Part shown: in pieces, positions 41,630 through 52,865 of the stretch
Position numbering within the stretch: the first letter of the stretch is position 1
Layout: every line of letters starts with the position of its first letter
Source: Octopus vulgaris
Taxonomy: Eukaryota
DNA: 64,000 bases
Assembly (NCBI GenBank): GCA_951406725.2
Contig: OX597826.1
Span: 23,312,001 to 23,376,000, forward strand
Direction of reading: 5' to 3'
The notes under the pieces: model-generated
Told to the model about the DNA's origin: nothing
The model's database searches: none
What the model saw: only the letters and a program-made list of their open reading frames with translations
Program-made: the position numbers and the translations under genes

Positions 41630-41719
41630 TTTCATTCTACACGTGTTTCGAAAGGCACAAATTACCAAAATCCGAATTGAATGATGGGACCATATTGTGT
41701 CTTTCTCTTCAGGAAGAAA
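41630..41719 (-). ncRNA. Mirror copy of the minimal hammerhead ribozyme
   Basis: Reverse-complement copy in the left palindrome arm (tcttcag 41706-41712, tttc 41646-41649, cacgtg 41640-41645). Core intact; the 1-nt indel falls in the stem II loop region. Confidence 0.85.
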
Positions 41720-41899
41720 ATAGGAAATCCGTTGGAAAAACAAAAACAGAACAGAGGCGGAGCAAAAACAAATCGAACTCTGCTCCTAAGAGCCCATGGC
41801 GAAACTCTCGAAAGTTTCGCCATGGGCTCTTAGGAGCAGAGTTCGATTTGTTTTTGCTCCGCCTCTGTTCTGTTTTTGTTTTTCCAACGGATTTCCTAT

Positions 41900-41988
41900 T
41901 TTCTTCCTGAAGAGAAAGACACAATATGGTCCCATCATTCAATTCGGATTTTGTAATTTGTGCCTTTCGAAACACGTGTAGAATGAAA
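41900..41988 (+). ncRNA. Minimal type I hammerhead ribozyme (sense to STK11 pre-mRNA)
   Basis: ttc-CTGAAGA(41907-13)-stem II gaaagacacaa/ttgtgcctttc-GAAA(41969-72)-palindromic cacgtg-TA-gaa. Predicted cleavage after GUA at 41980. Stem I ttc/gaa extends further with one bulge. Confidence 0.85.
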
Positions 41989-42197
41989 TAAAACGATTTC
42001 TGTTCAATCTGCGTTCAGCTCCATTTCTTCAATTCACCAATAATGTTTTAATTTCAATTATCCGCACCAACGCACGGTTGCAACACCATATGGTTGTACC
42101 TCCAACCGTGCTGTTTACTGCTGTGATTTTTGCTACTAAGGTATCGGTTAAACTTTTGATTAATCTACTACAAGATTATTCATCTTTCTATTTCACA

Positions 42198-42241
<44 letters not shown>

Positions 42242-42676
42242 TCTTTTTCTCTTTGTCTGTCTGTTCCTTATGCATTCTCAAATGACTCCACCAAATCAAA
42301 TCAAATTTTACAAAGTAATAGTTGTTACACCCCACGAGTGTTGACATGTAATTTTGTATATGAGTGTGTATGTATCTGTGAGTGTATGTGTATTTGTTTG
42401 TTCATTGCTTATAAGATAGTAAAGGACATTTTATACCACGACGATGACACATCTCTATCATTCTCTCTTCATTCTGTCTAGCATTTACTGTTGTAACAAT
42501 GTCTGGTACCAAAAAAATTATTTTAGCTACTTTCATTGTTTACAATCTTCTGTACCAGTGTATTTGTGAACACCAACTCATAGAATGTTAGAAAGGCTAA
42601 AAGGTCAAACAAAAACATTGTACCGGTGTATTTGTGTATCAGTAAATAACCATGGGTAAATATTTTGTAAAGAACC

Positions 42677-43262
42677 TGTTTGTTTAAGACAAGCAGGAGG
42701 ACCCAGTTTCACTCAGGGGTGAACTTGTTTGTACCTCGGTGTGAAATTATTTTTTTCTACAGGTTTTTTTTTAGTGCATTCAATGTATCTGACCTCCAAA
42801 CTCACTGCAAGCCACTCTTTTCCCCAAAAAGAATGTGGGGAGGGGTCAAAAAATTATTTCACAGCGAAACATCAGCCAGTCCTTTATCACAAATAGCTGT
42901 TACGTGGTAGTAGGGCATGCTACAAATAGCTGCCAAAATCTTTCCTTTTCTGGGGAAAGAATCCGTTTACATGCGATTTTGATGTCACATTCGTTGAAAG
43001 CATGCGAAATAACCTGGGAAAGAAAAACAAAGACCTGTGAAACAAAACTCTGTTGGTGGGAAACTGAGGTCCCCAACACCCCTACACTCCTTCTTTTCCA
43101 GAAAACTGTGGCTTGCAGCAGGTTTGGAGGTCAGATACATTGAATACACTCGAAAAAACTTGTGGAAAAAATTATTATTTCACACCGAGGTACAAACAGG
43201 TCCTTTACGAAATATTTACCCCCCGAGTGAAACCAGGTCCTCGTGCTTGTCTTAAATAAACA
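42677..43262. mobile_element. Long-TIR MITE / fold-back element
   Basis: ~75-bp TIR tgtttgtttaagacaagcaggaggacccagtttcactcagggg...gtacctcggtgtgaaat with an inverted counterpart at 43170-43262 that has a short insertion. Confidence 0.8.
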
Positions 43263-43383
43263 ATTTTTCAACGCAGGAGGGATTGGTTTGGTGAGTTGTG
43301 TTCTGTCTTGCCTTCGAGGCGCACTGGAGTCGAACTAGTGACGGCTGATGAAGGGGATTTTTCCTTGTGTGGTTTGTCCTGTA

Positions 43384-43506
43384 CTCTGTTTTTCTGTTGT
43401 AAAAAAATGGTTTTTCCGTTTTCGTTTCTCGTTGAGTTCTGCGTCTCTGTTTTTCTGTTGTGAAAAAGTGTTTTTTCTGTTTTCGTTTCTCGTTGAGTTC
43501 TGCGTC
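43384..43506. repeat. 61-bp tandem duplication
   Basis: ctctgtttttctgttgt...cgttgagttctgcgt occurs twice (starts 43384 and 43445) with a few substitutions. Confidence 0.9.
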
Positions 43507-45234
43507 TAGTTGTGGTGTCCTGTACTCACGTATATGTGTTTATATATACATGTATATATGCATGTGGATGTGGGTACGTACATGTGTGTTTGTGTGTATG
43601 CATATATTTTATTTATTACACTATTGTTTGACAGCGCCCTCGCGTCGGTTCGATTCAATTCGTTCCGTTCTTATTCTCCCAGTACTGTTTTATATATATA
43701 TGACAAGCTTCTTTCAGTTTCCACCTACCAAATCCACTCACAAGGCTTTGGTTGGCCTGAGGCTATAGTAGAAGGCACTTGCCCAAGGTGCCATGCAGTG
43801 GGACTGAACCCAGAACCATGTGGTTAGGAAGCAACCTTCTTACCACACAGCCACACCTGGTGATTGTATTTTATTTAATTTAAAGCAGAAGATTCTTTTC
43901 TCTAAATAGTTAGATTAATCTACAAATTATGACATAATTTTTCTTCTTTTTCCTTTTGTGTATGTTACATTACCATTTTTTTTTTTTACATGACTGGCAT
44001 ACATGCTTGTGGATTGCTAAGATTACCATACGAGCATGATCGTTGCCAGAGCAACAAGCTGGCCTCCATGCCGGTGGCATGTAAAAAGCACCATTCAAAC
44101 GTGATCATTACCTGCATCGCCTTACTGGCACCTGTGCTGGTGATACGTGAAAAAACAGTCGAGCAAGGTCATTGCCAGTGCCGGCACACAAAAAGCACCA
44201 TTTGAGCGTGGCCGTTGCCAGTACTGCCTGACTGGCCCTCGTGCCGGTGGCTTCTGAAAGCACCCACTACACTCTCGGAGTGGTTGGCGTTAGGAAGGGC
44301 ATCCAGCTGTAGAAACTCTGCCAGATCAAGATTGGAGCCTGGTGCAGCCATCTGGTTTGCCAGACATCAGTCAAATCGTCCAATCCATGCCAGCATGGAA
44401 AGTGGACGTTAAACAATGATGATGATGATGAGCACATGGAGGAATGGAGTTCATCTCCGTTTTGGATGAAAACACCCATATATATATAAATGCACAAGTA
44501 TTTTCAAGCACCAGATGAAAATTCTTAAATGTAATAACGTCAATATTGTTTTCTTTTTTCCTTTATTTCGTTCCATTCATCTCCATTTCATTTCCTTAGA
44601 AAATCCGAAGACTTTCTGTATCTGTATATAAATAAATTCCCTCCTTCATTTCTTCTGACTAACCTCATTATTACTAATATACTATTTTGTACACTGCAAA
44701 AAATGTTTTACATATATATGTGTTCATCTTGTATTATCATCATCATCATTTCTTGGCTAGGTCGCTTGGTTTAACACAAGAATGTTATAATAGCGCTGCC
44801 ATCATCATCAACAGCTAGGCTAAGCTAAATCAGCTGAGCTTGTTACATCATCATCACTATAGTCCTCATCTGTTAGCATATCTTTATCACTACAACCATC
44901 AAAACTGCACCATCACACCTACTTTTCATGTCAGAGGTAACTTGTGCATTTGCGAAATAAGTTTGTTTATTGTGGAGTGCTTAGATTAACCCTCATGTGG
45001 CACATCAGAGTAAATCAGGCTCTTGATTCCTCACAATCTCATTTCCTTTTCTCTGTTAGTCATACGTGTGCTATCACCACTACCACCACCAACTCTCTTA
45101 CTACTACTACTACCTCTTTCTCATATTTGTGCTGGCCATCTGGTCGAGTTATATTTGTCCATCTTTCTTCTCTCCTCATCATTTCTTTCCTTGTCTTCAT
45201 GTTGTTTTAATATTTTTGTGCTATATATTTGCAG

Positions 45235-45367
45235 ATACTTTGATCAGTTAATTGATGGTCTTGAATACCTCCACAGCCAACGCATTGCTCATAAAGATAT
45301 CAAACCAGGCAACTTGTTGCTGACTACTGATGAAACCTTGAAAATATCAGATCTAGGAGTTGCTGAG
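45235..45367 (+). CDS. STK11: STK11/LKB1 coding exon 4 (133 nt), catalytic loop and DLG motif
   Basis: ttgcag|A; encodes [44 protein letters not shown] (HKDIKPGN and DLG are typical of LKB1); donor GAG|gttgaa. Confidence 0.97.
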
Positions 45368-45491
45368 GTTGAACATTTTTTTCTACTTGAAGTTTGATTG
45401 ATTAATTTTTCTGTTTCTTTTCCAATCTGATTTTTACTCTTCATTTTAAGTTCCACAAAATCAGTAGAATGTTGGAACAACTACCCTTTTT

Positions 45492-46086
45492 GTAATCTTG
45501 ATCTCCAACCTAAGATGGAGGTTGTGTTAGAACAGAGAATACTACGTTATTTGCCTTGAGAAGATCTCTCAAAGACTTGTGGTGCATTAAAGCACTTATA
45601 ATTATGTCATTGACAGATGAGAATCATCTGCTATGGCTGTTGGAACTGCCAGATCACATGATTTCACCCTGCTATGGGTTCCTCAGTGACAGCTGTCCAT
45701 CACTGACATAACAGCTGAATCTCCTGTCAACCAAATATAGAATCTCAGTATCTATTCAGGCACTGGTGTTGCAAATATCATCACTATTAATTATTTTTTA
45801 ATAAACCCACTGGTTATTTGCAGTCTCAATGCCTAAATAGACACTGAGATTCTATATGACTCTGACAAGAGATCCAGCTGTTATGTTGCTGCTGGACAGC
45901 TGTCACTGAAGAATGCATAGCAGAGTGAAATCATGTGAACTAGCAGCCCTGGTGACTGTAGCAGACAATTGACATCTGTCAACAATGTAATTACAAGTGC
46001 TTTTATGCAACACAAGTCATTAGATAAATAATGCTGTATTCTATGGTCTAACACAACCTCCACTTTAAGTTGGAGACCAAGATTAC
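45492..46086. mobile_element. Diverged fold-back (hairpin) element, ~285-bp arms
   Basis: gtaatcttgatctccaacc...ttgcaaata is inverted against tatttgcag...gttggagaccaagattac, with a short AT-rich loop near 45780-45813. Confidence 0.85.
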
Positions 46087-46451
46087 TTTTTGGAATTAAT
46101 GCTGTTTCTGTCATGTTTAATTACATATTTTGTACTTAGTTTCCTCGATCAATAATCATCAGTAAAATCATTTTAGTCTGCACAAGTGTGGTAGGCAGGG
46201 TGTTTGGTTCAGAAGCTTGCCTCCCAACAGTGTGATCTTGGGTTCAATCTCACTATGCAGCACCATGGGCAAGTGTCTTCTATTATGGCCCCAGGTAGGT
46301 CAAAAACTTGTGTCTGGATTTGGTAGAGAGAAGCTAGAAGAAGCCCATTATATATGTATGTCTTTGACATCACGTGATGGTGTAAATGAACATCACCATC
46401 ATATATATATATATATACACACACACATACACAAATGTGTGTGTGTGTGAA

Positions 46452-46765
46452 GGCACATGGCTCAGTAGTTAAAGTGTCAGGCTTACAACCATGAGGTAGT
46501 AGGTTTGATTCCCAGACCAAGCTGTGTGTTGTGTTCTTGAGCAAGGCACTTTATTTCATGTTGCTCCAGTTCACTGATCTGTAGAAACGAGTTGCAATGT
46601 CACTGATGCCAAGCTGTATTGGGCTTTGTTTTTCCTTTGGATAAAATTGATGGGGTGGAGACAGGAAGCTGGTATGCATGGATGACTGCTGGTCTTCCAT
46701 AAACAACCTTGCTCAGACTTGTGCCTCGGAGGGGAACTTTCTAGGTGCAATCCCATGGTCATTTT
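46452..46765 (+). mobile_element. tRNA-derived SINE family D (representative)
   Basis: Head ggcacatggctcagtagttaaag...ggtttgattccc and body cttgagcaaggcactttatttcatgttgctccagttcac. Inverted copy at 21205-21530; fragments at 30-85, 41155-41350 and 52305-52420. Confidence 0.75.
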
Positions 46766-46770
46766 TACCC

Positions 46771-46812
<42 letters not shown>

Positions 46813-47024
46813 TGTGTGTTTGGGTGTACCCTTGTGTAAACATCACAAAATGATTGCAACCGAGCAGCATAAAGTAAATGCCAAACACCAGTTCTTGATT
46901 ATTTAAAGAAAAATTAAATGAAAAAATTGAGATGTGTATTTTGTTACATGTTTGGTCAAAAAGGATTAAAACGATTTTAACCAGTTTTTTTTTCTTTCTC
47001 TTTTCCTATTTAAATTCTTCATAG

Positions 47025-47161
47025 GCTGTTGGATGGTTTGCCGAAGATGATACTTGTCATGCCAGTCAAGGATCTCCTGCCTTTCAACCACCAGAGATTG
47101 CCAATGGACTTGAAAGTTATGCTGGTTTTAAAGTGGATGTCTGGTCAGCAGGAGTGACATT
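47025..47161 (+). CDS. STK11: STK11/LKB1 coding exon 5 (137 nt), activation segment
   Basis: Polypyrimidine tract plus catag|; encodes [45 protein letters not shown](L); donor TT|gtaaac. Confidence 0.97.
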
Positions 47162-48317
47162 GTAAACTATCTTTATTTATTTATCTATTTATTACTATTA
47201 CTATCATTATGCTCGTGCATGCTAATTTAGTTATCAGGTGTCTTATCTTGAGGTTTGGTGACAACAAGTCTCCTCAAATCTCGTATTATTATTATGGTGG
47301 TAAGTTAGCAGAATTGTTACTATGCTGGGCAAAATGTTTAGCGGTTTATTGTGTCCTTATGTTCTGAGGTCGACTTTGCCTTTCGTCCTTTCAGTGTCGA
47401 TAAAATAAATGATAGTTGGGCAGTGGGGTCAATTTAATTGACTAGCCCCCCCTCCCACAAAATTTTAGGCCTTGTGCCTATAGTAAAAAGGACAAGGTGG
47501 CAAGCTGGCTGAATCATTAGCACACCGGGCAAAATGCTTAGCTGCATTTCATCCTTTCAGGGTCAATAAATTAAGTATGTACTGGGGTCGATGTAATCAA
47601 CTGGTCCCCTCCCCACAAATTTCAAGCTTTGTGCCTATAGTAGAAATTATTATTATTATAGGAAGGCGGCGAACTGGCAGAATCATTAGCGTGCTGGACA
47701 AAAATGCTTAGCAGTATTTCACCTGCCATTGCATTCCGTGTTCAAATTCCGCCAAAGTCAACTGCCTTTCATCCTTTCAGAGTCAATAAATTAAGTACCA
47801 GTGAAAGACTGGGGTCAATGTAATCAACTAGACCCGTCCCCACAAATTTCAGGCCTTGTACCTGTAATAGAAAGGATTATTATTGTTAATAAGGCGGAAT
47901 CATTGGCACACCAAGTAAAATGCTTAGTGGCATTTTCTCCATCTTTACAATTTGCATTCAAATTCTGCCGAGGTCAACTTTGCCTTTCTTCTTTTTGGGG
48001 TTCGATAAAATTAGTAGCAGTGAAACACTGGAGTTGATGTAATCGACTCATCCCCTCCCCCAAAATTGCTGCTCTTGTGGCAAAATTTTAAACCATTATT
48101 ATTATTGTTGTTATTATTATTACTTCAATATGAAAATAAAGTAAGATATAAAAGACACATAAAATGGATAAGAAAATAAATAAAAGAACAAGTATTATAA
48201 AATATGAATATATACAACAAATAAATCAGTTTTGAATGGCCAGTAGATTTAAGCAAAATCAACTTATATATATTCAATAAATTAACCAATCCAATATGAT
48301 GGAAAACAATCTATGCT

Positions 48318-48805
48318 TATTAATAGTTATCGCCAAGCTAATATGGCAGTCCATAAATATAGGACGAAAGCTGCCATTGATTAGCTCCAAGAGGCCATCG
48401 CTTCTAGCTAGCTAAGTGACACATGAACCTGTGTCCATTATAACCTTCGAACAGAGGAGGTCAGGTATCTGCAGAGTAGCCGAACCCAGTAAGCGTCGCT
48501 ACTGACCATCTGTTCGAAGGATTATTTAACTAAATTCAGTGGAATACATCCACTAGTTTTCAAAAATAGAAATATTATTTCTAAGTCTCTCTAAAGGAGA
48601 TAAAGGGCAAATACCCTGAAACTAGTCTGCAGATGCCTGACCAGCAAGGGGAAGTGGCTGACCTCCCCTGTTCAAAGGTTATAATGGGCACAGGTTTGTG
48701 TATCACATAGCTAGCTAAAGGCGATGGCCTTTTGGAGCTAATCAACAGCAGCTTTTGTCCTATATTTATGGACTGCCATATTAGCTTGGCAATAACTTAT
48801 TAATA
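48318..48805. mobile_element. Long-TIR MITE, ~147-bp arms
   Basis: tattaatagttatcgccaagctaatatggcagtcc...ggtcag (48318-48464) is inverted against 48658-48805. Confidence 0.88.
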
Positions 48806-51045
48806 TCCAGTACCGCTGCTGTAGTCTCCTTTAGACTATGCTTATGTTTACCATGTAAATAATACTTCCAATGCCTGCCATGATGTTGATCCTGTTTGCT
48901 ACAATTTTGTCATGATGTTGAACCTGTTTGCCACAATTTTTACACATTTTCCTTTCTGCATTACTTGGTTATGGATGTAATTTTAGTTTAAAAATGCTAC
49001 AAGGAAAGGTGTATTTCAAAAATTGTATTTCTTTTTATCTAATTTTTATGTGGATCTGAAATGCTTGGTGGCTTTTACAGCGTGGCATCAATGGCTCTAC
49101 TTATTTGTGAAATTTTTATTGGTTTGGCTTACACTATAACAAACACCTGAAATACTAATGTCTGTTTTATCTATAGTATAACATTAAAATTTTTCTCACT
49201 GTTTTTTTTTTTAACCCTTCAGATTACTCTGTCAAATGTAATGCTTACATTATTTTGAATTAATCAGGCATTATCTCATAGCTTTGAAAATTCAACGATA
49301 TGTTTGTTTATTCTTAGAATGACATTGTAGGGTAGGTATGAGAAGCCAGATCTGGCCTGTTCGAACATAAAACAGGTAGAATATTTGGACCTGTTATGGG
49401 CAGTTTGAATGCTTAAGGGTTAAAAATATCCTGAGAGAGAAAGAGAGCTTTCAAATTAATCTCTGGAACTTGCTGTCAAGCATGTTGAGTGATTTAAAAA
49501 AACAAAAAAATTTCACCTAAAGTTGTTTATAACAAATTATCATCATTTAATATCAATGTTCCATGCTAGCATGAGTTGGACAGTCTGACAGGATCCAATG
49601 GGTCCAAGAACTGCACCATGCTCCAATATCAGCTTCGGCATGGTTTCTATAGTTAGATGCCTTTCCTAATGCCAACCACATTACAGCATGCCCTGGGTGC
49701 TTTGTTTATGACACCAATTTGTTTGAGGGTGCCGGACCAAATACTTATTTTCTGAGTTCAAATTCTGCTGAGGTCAACTTCATTTTTCATCCTTTCGGGG
49801 TCAATGAAATAAGTAACATTTGAGCACCGAGGTTGATGTAATCATCTAGCCCCCTTCCCAAAATTTCATGCCTTGCACCCGTAGTAGAAAGGATAATCAT
49901 TTATTATGAACCCCTTTTGTAAAATATTTGATTTATCACTATGATTAATTTCCACATAACTAAATATGTAAACCAATAAAATACACTTTTATAAGGACAG
50001 ATTCCATCACAAGTTATCATGAGGTCAGTTATCTGCAATCATTTTAATCACATAAGTTTATTTCTGGATCAGGGAACAACATTATCTCTTGATTGAGGTT
50101 TAAGGAGCTTAAGAGGTAGTCTCAACATGTTCACACATTATAAATTATCACAATCTTCATTTTGTGTTACATCTGGGTTTTTTTTTCTTTCTCTATACTG
50201 ACTTGAGTAAAAGAGATTTATAACTCTGAATGCATCAATGCCTTCACCTGTCTCTTTGTTGTTTGTCACCTTTACTTTATTGATGCATATCATGAGGTAC
50301 AGGTGTGGCTGTGTGGTTAAGAAGCTTGCTTCCCAACCCTGTGGTCTTCAGTTCAGTCCCAGTGCATGGCATTATCGGTAATGGGTGTCTACTATAGCCC
50401 TGGGTTGACCAAAGGCTTGCAAGTTGATGTGCTACATGGAAACTGAAAGAAGCCCATTGTATGTGTGTTAACGTCTCTTTGACTTCATGAGACAGTTGTA
50501 AATGAACATCACTGTCATTCAAGTGGTGTCCTTTGCTTCCAATCTCCCATAAAAATGTCTGGTCACGGGAAAATATTACCTTAGTTGGAAACAGGAGAGT
50601 TGGTGATAGGAAGAGCATCAAAGTATAGTCTCTAACTCAACAAATTCTGTTTGACTCACGCATGCATGGAAAATTGGACGTTAAACAACAACAATGATGA
50701 TGATGATGCATGTGTTTGTGTGTCCCTGTCTCAAGACCTCACGTGATTGTTGTAAATGAGCTGGCTATGGGGGGAAATATAACTTTGCTAGGAAACCAGT
50801 AAGGGTTGGTGACAGGAAGAGCATCTGACTGTAGATAATTCTGCTTGACATATGCAAGCATGGGAAAATGGGCATTAAATGATGATGATGATCATCATTG
50901 TTACCATACATCACTGATTCGTATATGTTTTTCTTATACCTGCCATGCAACAGCCTTTTACATTACTTATATACATACATACAGATGCACACTGTTACTG
51001 ATGTAAACTGAGAATTACATACACTGTTCTTTGTTTTTGTTTCAG

Positions 51046-51173
51046 ATATAACATAACGACTGGATTATATCCATTTGAAGGGGACAATATTTACAAGTTG
51101 TTTGAAAACATAGGCAAAGGAAAATATGTGATACCTGATGTTCTTTGCCCGAGTTTAACTGACTTAATACAGG
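51046..51173 (+). CDS. STK11: STK11/LKB1 coding exon 6 (128 nt)
   Basis: tttcag|A; encodes [42 protein letters not shown](G); donor AGG|gtaaga. Confidence 0.97.
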
Positions 51174-52807
51174 GTAAGAAAGAATTGTTTATTTAACCAT
51201 TTTTTTTTATCATATTTCCATTAAATTATGCTGCTTTTGGTTCATTTGATTTCAAGAATAAGGAAGAATTTGCTAAAATAACCTTGTCGTTTTTAATCTG
51301 AAGTTTGGAACTAAATTAACATGAAGTTTTGATGGCAGGTTTTAGTTTAGGTCACTTTAAAACAAGAAATTTGTGTCATAAAATCAAGGGTGGACAAAAG
51401 GGTCAACTCTTTTGTTACAATGTTTCTGTTGAGATGCTCTGTGTTTCTTTCAATTAATTTTAAATATAACAAAGAATTTAGTAAAATAACTTAGTTATCA
51501 TTCAGCTAATGTTAGGAACATAAATTGTGACCAAGATTTTAATTCAAATCTTATGTAAACAAGACGTTTGTACTACAGAGCCAGAGGCGGTTTCAGCCAG
51601 GTTGGTATCGAAAGAGTTAAAACATATCACCATCTGCAGTCGTATTTATTTTTTTCCTGAAATGATATTTTAGATGTAGGCATGGTTGAGTGGTTATGAT
51701 CACTTCACATCCATGTGATTTGAGATTCCAACCCATCGTGTGATAACACAAGCAAGTGGCTTTTGCTATAGTCTTGGGCTGAACCAATAACTTCTGAGGG
51801 AAATTTAGTAGACAGAAACTGTGTAGAAGGCGGTGAGCCAGCAGAAATGTTAGCATGCCGGGCGAAATGCTTAGTGGTATTTCGTCTGCCGTTACGTCCT
51901 GAGGTCGACTTTGCCTTTCATCCTTTCGGGGTCGATTAAATTAGTACCAGTTACGCACTGGGGTCGATTAAATTAGTACCAGTTACGCACTGGGGTCGAT
52001 ATAATTGACTTACTCCCTTTGTCTGTCCTTGTTTGTCCACTCTATGTTTAGCCCCTTGTGGGCAATAAAGAAATAAACTGTGTAGAAGTCTGTGTGTGTG
52101 TACAGGGAGCCCTTAAATTACCTTTACAGGCAACAAGGGTTCCAGTTGATTTCATCAACAGAACAGCGTGCTCATGAAATTAATATGCAAGTGGCTGAGC
52201 ATTCCACAGACATGTGTACCCTTAACATATTTCTCTGGGATATTCAGCGTAATACAGACTGACAAGGCTGGCCCTTGTGAATTACAGGTGCAACTCATTT
52301 TTGCTAACTGAGTGAACTGAAGCTGTGTGAAATAAAGCATCTTGCTCAAGGACACTGTGCATCACAGGGAATTGAACTCAGGTCCTTATACCCTAACTCA
52401 GCCAAATACCCTAACCGTGAAGCCACTCACCTTTACCACTACACTGAAAGCTTTAATGGACGATGATATTCTACATGAAGTTTTAAACTCACTTGTTGCA
52501 GTTATATATTTATATAATGTGATTTTTGTGTGTGTGGGCACGCAGATGTGGCTGTGTGGTTAAGAAAAGTTTGTTTCCTAACTACATGGATCTGGGTTCA
52601 GTCCTACTATTAGTTTACTGGCTCCCTTATTAGTGTGTGAAGTGGTTGTATGGGGAAAAGACTGCAGAAAGAAAATTGACTGTAAAAGATTGTAAAGATT
52701 TTAACAAATTGATCTGTCTGTTTATGTCCCAAAACTATTTTATGCAAAGGTATTTTTAAAAGAAATAAATAAATGTAATCTGTTTATTTTTTCCTTATCT
52801 GTTGTAG

Positions 52808-52865
52808 GTATGTTAGAATATGATCCAGAAAAAAGGTTATCTATTCAAAAGATTAGAAAACATGG
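52808..52865 (+). CDS. STK11: STK11/LKB1 coding exon 7 (58 nt)
   Basis: ttgtag|GT; encodes MLEYDPEKRLSIQKIRKH(G); donor GG|gtatgt. Confidence 0.96.

Larger units (their letters stand above)
41568..42050. repeat. Near-perfect spacerless palindrome (483 bp)
   Basis: 41568-41809 is the reverse complement of 41810-42050, centred on TCGA (41808-41811). By eye there is one mismatched pair (41807/41812) and one extra C in the left arm (~41665). Confidence 0.97.
41568..42200 (+). mobile_element. Probable Penelope-like element remnant (inverted pseudo-LTR pair plus tail) in a (TA)n tract
   Basis: Inverted duplication, a ~150-bp one-sided extension (42051-42200), a minimal hammerhead motif in each arm, and (TA)n on both sides. 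No RT or GIY-YIG ORF is present, so the family call is inferred from architecture. Confidence 0.65.

Noticed and set aside
41611-41981. Mirror-image ORFs of 99, 88 and 61 aa on both strands
   Set aside because: Artefact of the palindrome; no recognisable protein features.
43340-43380. CTGATGA-agggg...cctt as a hammerhead
   Set aside because: No GAAA or cleavage triplet follows the hairpin; at most a fragment of a repeat.
51928-52000. 32-bp tandem duplication inside a family B SINE
   Set aside because: Simple slippage between two ggggtcgat motifs of the SINE; no sign of function.
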